In this document: positions 38,272 through 51,401 of the stretch, piece by piece
Layout of the letters: every line of letters begins with the position of its first letter
Numbering within the stretch: the stretch's first letter is position 1
NCBI RefSeq assembly: GCF_964204645.1
Contig: NC_134033.1
Span: 15,632,655 to 15,696,654 of the forward strand
Direction of reading: 5' to 3'
DNA: 64,000 nt
DNA from: Tubulanus polymorphus
Lineage: Eukaryota > Animalia > Nemertea
The notes under the pieces: generated by a model
What the model saw: only the letters and a program-made list of their open reading frames with translations
Databases searched by the model: none
Told to the model about the DNA's origin: nothing
Made by a program: the position numbers and the translations under genes

Positions 38272-41200
38272 ATGACGACTCACAAGCTCGCGGATGCCGA
38301 AGGTACCGTAATTTATATCTCCGAAGTGGACAACGTTTTGAAAGCCGTATCGATTTTCGGTAAACGATGGTTGTACATGACTTACGTGATGTTGTTAGTT
38401 TCTTCTTCCCTCATGTCAGCCTGGCACATGTTCGCAATCGTGTTTATAGGTAAGTCTGTTCACTAGAGGGCATCCCCCTTCAGGTACAGCTCTTACGGCT
38501 CGGGCATGTCCTCCTCAAATATGTGTAAATTTTCAATTAACATGTAGTAATCAAAAAAACTTTCTGTAGCCATAATAAGATGAAAACCCACTATCTACAG
38601 ATTAAAAGAATTTAAAAACAAGAATTTATTTATTCAATCTAAAATATATATATAAGACACGACGTTTCGATCTCACCCTAGAGATCATCGTCAGGTGTGT
38701 CAATTCTTTTCTATATCCATGTTCACATATTTGAGAAAATAAATTCATTCATTCACTTTTGACCTCGACACAAATAATTCAGCTTCAAAAGCATTGATTA
38801 AGAGGACTTAGAAATGCATATCGTGTAGATGTATTATGATCGTTTGGATAGGATATTATTTTTCTGTAGTTAGATTAAGGTTAGAAGTTTTTGAAAATTT
38901 GTTTAAAGTTTTGCCGAAAAATACTGCAATAAATGCTCATGAAATTGAAAATAATATCAACAATTATTCAAATTCTGATGAAATTATGATTTGGGATTTT
39001 ATGAATTTTCTTGTATATACATATTTCGCAAATGAATTCCAACGTATCGTCGCAACAGGTGGACTGCCCGATGACTATCACTGTCGAGTGGGCGCCAATC
39101 AATCGATACCTCAGATTTATAAAGATGGTAAATGGACGAATGATAAATGTCGTATGTACAAGAATGAATCTAGTGGTGATAATCAGACGATACCGTGTAA
39201 TAATGGATGGGTTTATTATACCGATTACCAAAGCACCATCGTTACTGAGGTAATTAACATAATAACAATATTTTAACCCATTTTTTAATTCCCGTTATCC
39301 CTATACAATCTGTCACCATAAGGACCACGCGTTAAACTTATTTGAACAATTCAAGAATGATATCTTGATCAAATAGATTAATTGACGAAAAATTTGCCAT
39401 TGATTTCATCGTTTATATGGAGTTTGACCGTTGTGTCCAGTGACTAGAATCCACTCAATGTTGCATCATAGCTTACAATGGATATATCCAAAGTTTGATT
39501 ATAACGGATACTGCCAAACAAGTTGCATGTAGCCGTTGCATGCGTCAATATATCACCAAAACTGGATTAAGAAGCAACATTTTTTCACAATTTTTGATAC
39601 ATGTTTCTAGAATTTACTTCTGACTTTCTGATTGCAGTGGGATCTGGTCTGTGACAAGGACTATTTACCTCAATTAGCGCAGACTATTTTCGTCGTCGGT
39701 ACTTTGATCGGAGCCGGAAGTCTGTCGCCGTTAGCTGATTGGTTGGGGCGTAAAACGGTCCACATCGGTTCGCAGATTGGAATCGCAGTTTTTGGAATTG
39801 TAGTGATATTTTCACCTAATTACACAATGTTTGCCGTGATGAGATTTCTATCCGGAATTTGTCAACAGGTTTGAAATCTAAGATTTTAAAACCCATTATA
39901 TTCAAATTTCAATCGATATCATCGAAGCTATGCGTTCGACCAATCAAAACCCATTATATTCAAATTTCAATCGATATCATCGAAGCAAGAAAGGTATCAC
40001 TGCCTCTCTTGGTTTCCCAATCATCCAGCCATATTGCGTCTAACTATTAAACCTTGTCTGTAATCAAATACTATCTATATTGCATATGTACATGGCGAAT
40101 GATTATTATCACTATGGAAAGCGTCGATATTTAGTATGATTTTGTAGCTGATTTCATTGCAGGGAATCATATTGTCTGGATCAGTCATGATTTTTGAATT
40201 GTTCCATTCAAAAACTAGAGACGTCCTCAGTCTCGCGTTCACGGTCGCCTGGTCACTAACGCTCGTGTTGCTGGCTGCGTTCGCCTTCTTAGTTCGAGAT
40301 TGGAAGCATTTACAACTGCTGATTTCGATCCCGGGATTGTTAGCAATTTTCGGTATTTTTTGTTTTACCGAATCGATACCGTGGCTGATTGGCCGAGGAC
40401 GAATCGTCGAGGCCGAACAGATTCTACGGAAAGTCACGAAAGGTCCCGAAATCAAACTGTCGGTTCCGGGTGGCGAATGCTTCGAAGTTGAGGACGCAGT
40501 ATCGAATAGTAGAGGAGTAAAGGGCTGGAAAACTGAAATAACAAAACGGATGAAAACTTTGAAACGAAAATATCGCGAATCAAGACGGAATTCTCACGTA
40601 GTACGTAACTTCAATTGTGAAAACCCTAAAATAAGAATCGAAGATCGAAATATCTACGTCTTGGTTATTTTCGAAAAAATGACTTCAGTAATGATAGTTT
40701 ATTTTCATGTATGTTAAATTCATAGAGAATTCAGTAATTTTCAGGCGCCGCAGACTGATGAAAAGCGCGAAACCTTATTGGACGTGATGAAACATCCTCG
40801 TTTACGATGGTATTCATTAATTATGTGTCTAATGTGGTAAGTTCATCTAACGCCATTAACAAGAAAACTGGAAAGTTTATTGACGTCTCAGAGAAGAATA
40901 ACGCGTATTCATTACCTAATATTACCGACAATATGATATAATATCATGGATCAATAAATTAACTATGAATTTCAATATATCGACTATTGAATTGAATTGA
41001 CTAGCCTCAATATCGATGACGTAGTGCACATTCACGCAAAATTCATCGTGAGAAAACACGAAATTTCATTACATAGAATTAAGAGTCACGACATTTTTTT
41101 TAAAAACAGAATGAACGCCAAAATTCACAATCATAATCGAAACGCCAATATTGATGACGTAGTGCACATCGACTCAAAGAGAACCCTCTTGAATAGGGCA

Positions 41201-43380
41201 TACTAGCTCAAATGAATTTTTTATACTAGGCATATACACATAATTCTAACGGTTATGGCCAGTGTAAAAAGCGATACACGTCAGGCCAAAATTTATTCCA
41301 AAATCCTATATATGTTGAAGATAAGAAATCGAAGTTAAGCTGATTTCGGAATCGGCTGAAACGGCGAACGATTAGCTCCAAAATTGTACAAAAATGGTTT
41401 ATTCTATTTGATTCTGGTATTAGATGTTAAGTATTCTTTTGTGAAGTAAATGAGCCACTGAGAGCGAGGTATTGCATCAGCTAGTGAAACAACAGAAAAA
41501 CTATGAATTATACTAAGAATAGTAAATACGAGGTAACTATATAGTAAACAGGTGGTTGCGTCATCCACTCAGTTTACTTTATAAAGGGGATATTTTAGCG
41601 TTTTGGATGAACATCTGATACGGGGTTTAGCGAAGGTGGCATAAGCATATCTATAGAAGAAATATAGAAATTCGATACTTCCCCCTCAGTAGGTTCGAGA
41701 CACGACTTAAGATTCGGAATTTGTAAGCCGAAACATTGAGTTAGAAATGAACAAGATCGTAAGTTTACATCATTGGTCATAGTCGTCGATTCATCTGGCA
41801 AGATTACTTCTCTACCCGTAGCGCAGATTTGGCTCGACCACGACCGGACCCGGTCGTTTTCTAAATTTTAGTCTGCATAGAATAATGGCGGATAACCCGA
41901 TTGCAGCACAACAAGAAATTGTTTCTTTCTTACACGAAAACAATCAAATCCCACCTCGTATGCGTACATTGTCGGGTCTCTATCTTTAACAGGCTGAATT
42001 CATCGATTGCTTATTACGGAATTACTTTGAGCGCCACGTCTCTAGTCGGAAACAGATATCTGAATTTCGGTTTGGTCGCGCTCGCCGAAGCTCCGAATTT
42101 CATCTACACAAGCATCGCGTCGACGAAGTAAGATTTCTAGAAAATATAGATTTCTTCACAATCAAATTAAGAAAATAAGGCATGAATTTATTTATCGTTC
42201 CTCTTGTTTTTCTGTAGAATTGGTCGTCGTATTTCGTCATCTATTGTTCAAGTTGCTGGAGGAATTGCACTCATTATTGTACCTTTCATACCAAAAACTC
42301 TCTGTAGGTCAAATCTTGATAAGTGCATAGTCTAAAGAAATACAAAATTTTACTTAGAGTTTAGAAGTGTTTTACGTCCCAACTGCTAGTTAAACTAGTC
42401 ATAAGAGACGGCCAGGACTTTTCTTCTAGGTTGTTATGACTCACAACCTGAGTGAGTTAGCAGAGCTTAGTCCATGTGTGTGTCTCGACAGCCAACGCCA
42501 GAGGTGGATTCGAACTAGGGACCTCTCGGTTCCCAGTCCTCCACTCAACCAACTGAGCTAACTGCACAGGACAAAGATTTAGAACATAGTGTCATAGAGT
42601 TCAAAGCCATCTTGAGAATTCCATATTTCAAGCTAAAAAACGAACCATTTTCATGATTTCAATGGGAAATGCGAAAAAATCTGTGACCAAATATTTCGTA
42701 CCTGAAATCGATTCTTTTCGCGACCTGTTTTTCGACGTCATAGTATTTTTTCAGCAGACGGATCGAGTTTGGCGCCGTTAATCCTCACTGTTACAATGAT
42801 CGGAGTGTTTTTCATGTCATCCTCATTTGGTCTTGTATTTCTGTACGGCCAGGAAATCTATCCGACAAGTACCAGGTAAACTGAGGAACAAACTGATTCG
42901 CCCGATGGCGCCTCAAATATACGCGCGTAGCACGATTCGATGATGATTTCCTTTGAATCTGTTTTCCAGAAATAGTGGTATGGGTTTGTCCTCTGTGTGT
43001 GCTAGAATTGGAGGAATGTTGGCGCCGTTTGCGGGATATATGGTATGTAATATTTGCAAGACAAGTAATTTGAATTATTGAAAAACAAGTATTTTGTTAC
43101 TGGTTACTTTATTAGGCTTTTATTGCTGTTGTAGATGGCAAAGATTTACTGGTTTCCGGGAGTATTTCTAGGCTCTATATCTATAATCATCGGTCTACTG
43201 GTATTATACCTTCCTGAACCGCTTGGACGTCCAATACCGCAGAAAATCGCCGACATGGATTCCTGGACGCGTCAACGATATCGACCGCCAACAGACGACA
43301 ACATGGCCGACGAGCAACTTCCGGCGTTACTGGAAGTACATGAACAAGAAGAAGATGGTCGAAATAACTTCGTTATTTAG
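38272..43380 (+). CDS. SLC22-family (MFS) organic ion transporter, copy 1, 596 aa
   Basis: Exons 38272..38449, 39059..39249, 39638..39868, 40163..40600, 40745..40836, 41993..42127, 42218..42303, 42755..42875, 42970..43042 and 43135..43380. Signature motifs STIVTEWDLVC, ADWLGRK, TESIPWL, EIYPTSTR, ARIGG, LPE. Confidence 0.95.
38656..38701 (-). ncRNA. Minimal type I hammerhead ribozyme (Penelope-like element remnant)
   Basis: Minus strand GACACAC-CTGACGA-T-GATCTC-TAAGGT-GAGATC-GAAA-CG-TC-GTGTC: CUGANGA and GAAA cores, 6-bp stem II, GUC cleavage triplet, short stem I; AATAAA follows downstream. Confidence 0.75.
42497..42566 (-). mobile_element. tRNA-derived SINE head
   Basis: Minus strand TAGCTCAGTTGG (A box) ... 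GTTCGAATCC (B box), without a clean acceptor stem. Similar degenerate heads at about 26985..27050 (-), 48745..48825, 53430..53508 and 58642..58720 (+). Confidence 0.6.
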
Positions 43381-43650
43381 TTCAGTATTCTTATCTTTAT
43401 TCTAAAACCGATTTTTGATTTACACCTTTTAACTCAATTTATCTTATATTAAATTTATGACACCGTATAAACGTATATGCATACTGATAGAATATCTGGT
43501 TGTTTTATATATTTCTTTCACTGATTGACGGTGAATATCAGCACTTGCAGCCTGTTACACTTATCCCGCTAGATGGCGGATGTATCAATGCGACAAAGAT
43601 AAATATCAAAATATATTTTGGATTAACGTAAGTAACGCGCCCCCTATTGA

Positions 43651-45785
43651 TCAATCCCTTTTATAGAAGGTCCAAGTTGAATTAAATTCGATGTTTTTCG
43701 TCGAGTACTGGTAACCATAGAGACGACATCGTCCCTCTCGGTCCGAATAGTTAGCTGCGTAACATACCGGTAGGTAGCGCTGCATGCATGCCGATATACA
43801 CCGGATATCCGGTCTCAATGGCAGTTCAACATCCGGCGCGTCTGGTAGATAGGCGTTCTCCTGTTTCACTACGCTGTATTTACGACGACCTGGAACAAAC
43901 AGAGAAAATACAGTTTTAAAGCAACGCATTTTTTCAGGGGCATGAGAGCGTCCAAAAACATGGCATTTTCAGGTTCGTGGACGGTTAGCAGTGACGGTAG
44001 GGGTAGACTTTGACTGAAGCACAATGAAAAGGTCATACAGTTGGGTTAAAACGAAGAGTGAGCTTCGAGTAAAAACAGGGGTACTCTTGGAAATTTAGAA
44101 ATTCCAGTGCATTTCCAAACAATTTTTAGGCACTTGACTGAAAGGCACAAACAATTAAAGAGTTCGAATATAAAATTTTGCGTAGAACCCTGAAAAGAAT
44201 TGCCATCGTATTTAAGTTTATAACGGGCACGGGAGACCTGCGATGGGAGCTTGTGCTCTCGTCTGCATGCTCTGCCATTTCAGCCCATGAGAAACCTATA
44301 TCTATATTCGCAATAACCAGTTTACCTTTCAGCGTGGGAATATCTACCGACAGAACGGCTTCAATACCGAAACAGCGCCTCATCTTTTTCCAAGAGTAAT
44401 TGAATTTGTAAATTCCATTAATCGTGATATTAGCATCGGGAAGAGGACCTACTGATTTGATCGAGTAAGGACATGCGTTGTTTGTGGTCCCACCGATTTT
44501 CAAAAAATCGTCGCTACATTGCAGCGTTTTCGACGTTTTCGAAACCGAATCGCAATGAGTCCCGATTAAATCTCCTGATTTAACCGGTATCTGCTGTTCG
44601 ACCGGGATGTCGAAAGTTGTCTGTCCGGCCGAGCCGTTTGACAGACGATTTTTACCAATCAGTTTGAAATTATTACCGCCTTGATAGCGCCACACTGCGG
44701 CGAAAGTTTGAGGTGTCGTGTGGACGCTCTCCTCATCAGTACGGTTGAATTTCCAAGCGACGATTGTCCCGTCGCACGTGATCGGGTTTTCAAATTGTAC
44801 AACGGTCGTGCACTGGTAACTGCGATCCAGAACAGTCATTCCATCGTGGTTTCTCACTGTCGATGTGCAAAATTGTTCAGCATCACCTATAGAAAAAAAA
44901 CAGCACATAATATGAACGATCGTGCCCTCAGCCTGCTGCATCAGCGAGGTTTCTTCATGACCTAAGACCTTTATCTTAGTCCATACGCGAATTCGAGCCT
45001 AGGAGAACGAGCTGAAAGCCTCCAAATAGTGGCCCTAATGAGAGCCCCGGGTCTTCCGGACATGGCAGGACAGACGCGATCCCAGATGATTCTTAAAATG
45101 ACCTTGATCTCGCAATCTTGCCATCGTAACTGACGCCCCAAAATGGCGGCAATTACGTAGATATAACGGCAATTCCGTAGATATTAACGAATTGCAACGT
45201 CCTGGAGGAAGTGACGTCAACCCGTTATATAACGCAAATGATTCAAATTCTAACCCCTTCTTCCGGTCGCCAGCTCGAATGACGTCACTTCCGACCACCT
45301 TATTTGATGACGTCAGTGACACCCAGTGACGTCATTTCCTGTTTCTCACTCACTCACCCGAACCCACCGAGTCGGGTACCCTAAATAGTCCTCTTCAGGA
45401 TTACATCGGAATATTTCTATTCTATTGGGAATTACTTCAAATTCAATCTTCAGAAAAACAAATTGGCGTCAATCTGATAGCATATTGACCCCCACACTAC
45501 GAATAAAAAGAGTCCGTAATCATAGACATTTCCATAATTCGGACTGCGTTCAAAACTGTGGATCGAACTGGGTCTAGAGGAACTGGATTCAGAATATTTT
45601 GAACGTTAGCCCTAATGAGTTGAGTGAGCGAAGGCTCTGATGATCGCATGACGCAGGAAAAATCAACACAACCAAATACGAAATATCCGCTTATCCTTAC
45701 CTTGTGGCCTAGCAACTCTTATCAGTAAAATAATCCACACCAATAGATGGCGTTTCGGTAACCGACGCAAAATGCTATAAAACAT
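43651..45785 (-). CDS. Secreted two-domain protein, copy C, 294 aa
   Basis: Exons 45701..45785, 44326..44886 and 43651..43889; exon sizes identical to copies A and B. Confidence 0.85.
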
Positions 45786-46547
45786 TGTTAAACACAGTTT
45801 ACTGTCGGCAGACGAAATCGTTATGATTTTCACTTACATAAACGGCGACATTTTAACCGATTATTCTCCATTAACTTTATTCATTAAAATCCCCTAACAA
45901 TAGCAGCCTGTCGCATTCATACAATATGCGCTTAACGCCAATAAATGAGCTTTTGTCAAGCGCTCCTGGATTATTCGTCAAAATGCCGCTGATGTTGATT
46001 GGTATCGCTTATAGTTTCGCGATGAGAAAGTTAATTGACTCACAGTCGAGTAAATATAATCAGAAGCCTCTGAGCAATCATTGAAACCAATCGACGCCGT
46101 TTCGTTCCGTATGAAAGCGTCTCATAGAAATTGAGAAATTGTCGATAGATTTCAATTGAATCCGAAAGAAATCCGGCTCCGTTGACGATTGATTTTCAAT
46201 GAAGCATGGGTCGTTCAAGGATTTGTTATCGTTTCGTGCCCGGTGAAATGATGCCATTACAAAAAACGGTGATCCGATTCCGAAACATTTCAATCACATG
46301 AACGTACGAGTTACGCGTTGCATGAAATGCTTTTAGCGCGCTAATGAATCTAAACATGCAGATTAAATGTATTTAATGCGTTGAAGAGTGTTTCGTAACA
46401 AATGTATTCATCATTAGCATAACAACGTCATGCCTTTGTCAGCTAAGCTGGTTTTTATTTTCATCCTATTCAAATTAGATTATACTCTAAAATGTTATAT
46501 CCAGATGTGCGATCGCATAGTATAGACACCTTTCGTCGAATTCAGTT

Positions 46548-49500
46548 ATGGCGACTGACGGGTCCTCGGTTGGTGAAGGTACCGTTATTTATATCTCCGA
46601 GGTTGATAATGTTTTGAAAGCCGTATCGATGTACGGTAAACGATGGGTGTACACGACTTGTGCGATGTTGTCGGTTTCTACCTCAGTGACAGCTTGGCAT
46701 GTATTCGCAATCGTGTTTATTGGTAAGTTTATTCACCAAGGCCGCGGCATTTTATATCTAAATTGAGGATAGGAATGAAATTGAATATATCATCTAGACC
46801 GGACAGATTTTGTTTGCAATTGTTATTATTTTCGAATTTGCAAATGAATTACAACGTATCGTCGCAACAGGTGGACTTCCCGATGACTATCACTGTCGAG
46901 TGGGCGCCAATCAATCGATACCTCAGATTTATAAAGATGGTAAATGGACGAATGATAAATGTCGTATGTACAAGAATGAATCTAGTGGTGATAATCAGAC
47001 GATACCGTGTAATAATGGATGGGTTTATTATACCGATTATCAAAGCACCATCGTAACTGAGGTAGTGTAAACATTATCAGCGACCAGCAATCTCTCTTGC
47101 GCTTGGAATCTACAAATGCTTATTCTGTTGATTAGTTGAAGAAATATCACCAAATATTTATGTCCCACTAGATTTGCAGTGACCCGCAAAATGTCCATTT
47201 CTTTGCTTGGTTGGGAAACCTTTTGACACCACTGTACTAGTCTGGTCCGCTCGTTAAGACCCCGTTTCAATAATTCAACGGCTACTTGCAACTGGTTGAG
47301 CAATAGCCATTATTAAACCTTATTAAATCTTCTGTAGGCTGTTGCCTCGTTGAGTGCGGTCACTATATGGACGTCCTCGCTTGCCAGGGTTTTATTGCCT
47401 CCAGATCCTGGCAAGCGATGAAGCTATAGGTCAACTTCCACTGAACGCAGATGCAAACCTAATTTCAAATCCGAAGAAACGAATGAAATTATAGCTGTAT
47501 TTTTCTAGACGTTGAATGTTTCTGCTTGCAGTGGGATCTGGTGTGTGACAGGGACTATTTACCTCAAATGGCGCAGACTATTTTTGTCGTCGGTACTTTG
47601 GTCGGAGCCGGAAGTCTGTCGCCGTTAGCTGATTGGTTTGGACGCAAAGCGGTCCACATCGCTTCGCAGATAGGAATCGCAGTTTTTGGAATTGTAGTGA
47701 TATTCTCACCTAATTACACAGTATTTGCCGTGATGAGATTTCTATCCGGAATTTGTCAACAGGTTTGAATTGAATTCATGAATTATTGGATCCAGTTTAA
47801 CAGTTCTATGTGAAAATTTGACTCCTTGAGACAAAATATGAAGCTGTGTTATTTGTGTTCAATAATGGGCCATCAAAATTCCATCTGATAAACGATTCTT
47901 TCCTCTATTTGATAATGATTATATCTATTCCAGGGTATCGCACTGACCGGAAATGTTATGACTTTCGAATTGTTCGATAAAAATGTTAGATACCTATTCA
48001 TTCTTGCGTTAACGGTCGCCTGGTCATTAATGGTCGCGTCGCTCGCCGCGTTCGCCTTCTTAGTTCGAGATTGGAAGCATTTACAACTGCTGATCTCGAT
48101 TCCGGGATTATTAGCAATTTTCGGTATTTGTTGTCTTACCGAATCGATACCGTGGCTGATCGGCCGAGGTCGAATCGTCGAGGCCGAAGAGATTCTACGC
48201 AAAGTAACGAAAGGTCCCGAGATCAAACTGTCGGTTCGGGATTGCGGATTTCAGGAAGAAGTGACATCGAATATAAGAAGAGAAAAGACTTTGAAAACCG
48301 AAATAACGAAACGGATGAAAACTTTGAAACTAAAATGCTGCAAACCAAAACGGAAGTCTCACACAGTACGTAATTTTGTCTATCCAAATTCACACTTACG
48401 TGTCCCGTGTTGGTCACAAATTGAAGACGTTTCAGAACTAAAATTTTGAACATTTCATTGAAGCCTAGATGTAAACTAGCATCATTCCCGTTGATATAAA
48501 ATATCTTAGATGGATTTGATTATGCGTAGCAAATTCCTATAGATACCTATAGTCAACATACCTAGATTATATAATTGAGTTGAAGATATCTTTTTGTAGC
48601 GTGCGCCCCCTGCTGGCAGTGTGGATAAAAAGCGCGAAACTTTGTGGGACCAGTTGAAACATCCTCGTTTACGTTGGTATTCAATAATCATGTGTCTAAT
48701 GTGGTAAGTCCCTAGAACTCTTGCCGCTTTTAAGCTCCGCAGTGACCAAAGCTGCTCAGTGGGATAAGGCAAGATGTCGTTACATCGTGCCGAAAGACAA
48801 TCGGGTTCGAGTCCTGTTGGCTGCGTACATTGTGTCAACTTCAAAAGGAGTTGGTCCCGTCGTTAATCTAAATGAACAATCCTGTTTAGTTTCTGGAAAT
48901 GAAGATCCAAACGTTGTGAAATTGTTATTTTGGAAGATTATCTTGAACAGGTTGAATTCATCGATTGCTTATTACGGAATTACTTTGAGCGCCACGTCTC
49001 TAGTCGGAAACAGATATCTGAATTTCGGTTTGGTCGCGCTCGCCGAAGCTCCGACTTTCATCTACACAAGCATCGCGTCGACAAAGTAAGATTCCTAGAA
49101 AGTATGGATTTCTCTAAAATTGAATTGAATAAATACGCCATGAATTCTTTTATCCTTCATCTTATTTTCTTGTAGAATTGGTCGTCGTATTGCGTCATCT
49201 TTTGCCCAGGTCGCTGCAGGAATTGCGCTCATTACAGTGGTTTTCATTCCAAAATCATTGTGTAAGATTATATTTAACTCATTGACTAATTGAGCTTTAA
49301 GCTTTTATATTGTTCATAGTGCTCGGAATTGAAAATGGTCTAAAAAAATCATATAAACGGTTAAGTGGATTTTCAAATATTTTTTGATAGTGTCTCTGTT
49401 AACTCGACTGCGTTGTACATAGCCTGAGTGTCGGAAAGGAAAACATGGTCAATCGCTTCAGAAATTGCTAATTTTAATCCACTGCAGAACCGTTAAACAA

Positions 49501-50471
49501 CCTACTTTCGAGGTTCAGTTGTATGATACATGTATATAGTGCAAGTATATCATGTTTCGTAGCATAACTATAGGAACTCGAAACATCACAGTGAGATTTC
49601 ACAACACGGATTCTATTCTGGATACAGGGAGCAAACATCGAAAACGTCGTTAGGCCATTTTTCGATTGTGACGCCACTTTTAGAGGAACAAGCTAAAAAC
49701 AAGGATGTTTTATGGTTTCATAATAATACCGTCCCAACTTTCGAAAAAAAGATATTTTATTTAAGATACTTCTTCGTCCTAAGTTGATAATGATTTCATT
49801 TGAGATTTTTGACGAATGTTTTATACAAATCATCGAATATTTCTTTACACAAACAACGCTAAGAATATAGTTTTCTTTTTCATTGAAGCCAATGGAACGA
49901 GTTTAGCACCGTTAATCCTCACTTTAACAATGGTGGGGATGTATTTAATATCGTGTTCGTTTTCATTGGCATATCTGTACGGCAAGGAAATCTATCCGAC
50001 CAGTACCAGGTAAAACAATGCCAACTTCTTCAACCGTTAATGAATGTGTTTGGTGATTCGTTTTCCTTTTTTTTAGAAATAGTGGAATGGGTTTGTCTTC
50101 CGTTTGTGCTAGAGTTGGAGGAATGTTGGCGCCGTTTGCAGGATATATGGTCTGTAATATTGAAGAACAAGCCTTTGTCACTGATTGAGTTCAATTCGTT
50201 TATTAGGCTTTTATTGCTGTTGTAGGTAACTAAGATTTACTGGTTTCCGGGAGTATTTCTAGGCTCTATATCTATAATCATCGGTCTACTGGTATTATAC
50301 CTTCCTGAACCGCTTGGACGTCCAATACCGCAGAAAATCGCGGACATGGATTCCTGGACGCGTCAACGATATCGACCGCCAACAGACGACAACATGGCCG
50401 ACGAGCAACTTCCGGCGTTATTGAAAGAACGTGAACAAGAGGAAGATGGTCGAAATAACTCCGTTGTTTAG
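46548..50471 (+). CDS. SLC22-family transporter, copy 2
   Basis: Exons 46548..46722, 46871..47061, 47532..47762, 47934..48365, 48600..48703, 48951..49085, 49176..49261, 49889..50009, 50077..50149 and 50226..50471; frames join. Confidence 0.94.
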
Positions 50472-50671
50472 TCCTGGGTTTTATTCATTTCTGAAAAACC
50501 GATTTGTTGATTCAAATTATTAGTTCAATTTATTTTATTTCAAATGTATGACTCATATATACATATACCTATAATAGAAAATATATTTCATAAATTTCTT
50601 TCGCTGATTGATTGTGGAATTAGTAGTAACATAGTTTATATATCACTGATAGAGACACGATTCTGAGAGAC

Positions 50672-51060
50672 TATGGAGCCCGTCCGGTTGTGACACGGTG
50701 AAAAATAAGTATATCTTTTTTTCGTTCGAACGAAATTTTTTGGTAGGAACGAAATCTGTTTCGTTCGAACGAAATGTTTTTTCGTGGGAACAAACTAGTC
50801 ATTTTGACAGAAAGAAATATATTTTTAATGATAGGCTATTCCCCTTCGAACTTTTCGTTCGAACGAAAGGATGATTTGGTTCCAACGAAAAACTTTTCGT
50901 TGCCACGAAAAGAGTATTTCGTTCCAACGAAAACCATTTCGTTCAAACGAGACATATTTCGTTCCCACGAAGGACATTTCGTTTGAACGAAAAGATTATT
51001 TCTTTCCCACGAAAACAATATACATCTTTTTTTACCATGTCACCTCCGGGGTTTCTTAAG
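50672..51060. mobile_element. Foldback/MITE-like element with internal TTCGTTC(G/C)AACGAAA repeats (interrupted copies at 55537..56408 and 60749..61620)
   Basis: Subterminal inverted arms GTGACACGGTGAAAAA / TTTTTACCATGTCAC; same position in successive SLC22 units. Confidence 0.75.
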
Positions 51061-51401
51061 AGCCATATCGATTAACGGTAAATGATGCTGCTTTCCCTAC
51101 AGCTTGTCATTTCACCAACAGCTTACGTATTGGACGTATCGCTGGGAAAGATTAGATGAAATTAGGTTAAATGATGATTAGAATACAAAAGCAATGACTT
51201 CCCGTCGTCAATGAATATAATCATGAGTAATGGTTTAAATGTATTTATATGAAGAGTATTTCGTAATGTATACGCATTTACCATTAGCATAACAACTGCC
51301 TTTGTCAGCTTGGGTTCTTTTTAAATTTTCATCCTATTTGAATTAGATTATATTCCAATAGGTTATATCCAGACAGTTGACGCCTTCCATCGAATTCAGT
51401 A

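Noticed and set aside
39888-39986. Short direct duplication of about 40 bp (another imperfect one at 19190..19440)
   Set aside because: Ordinary local slippage duplication with no evident function.
42497-42566. Functional tRNA gene
   Set aside because: A and B boxes are present but there is no proper acceptor stem; better explained as a SINE head.
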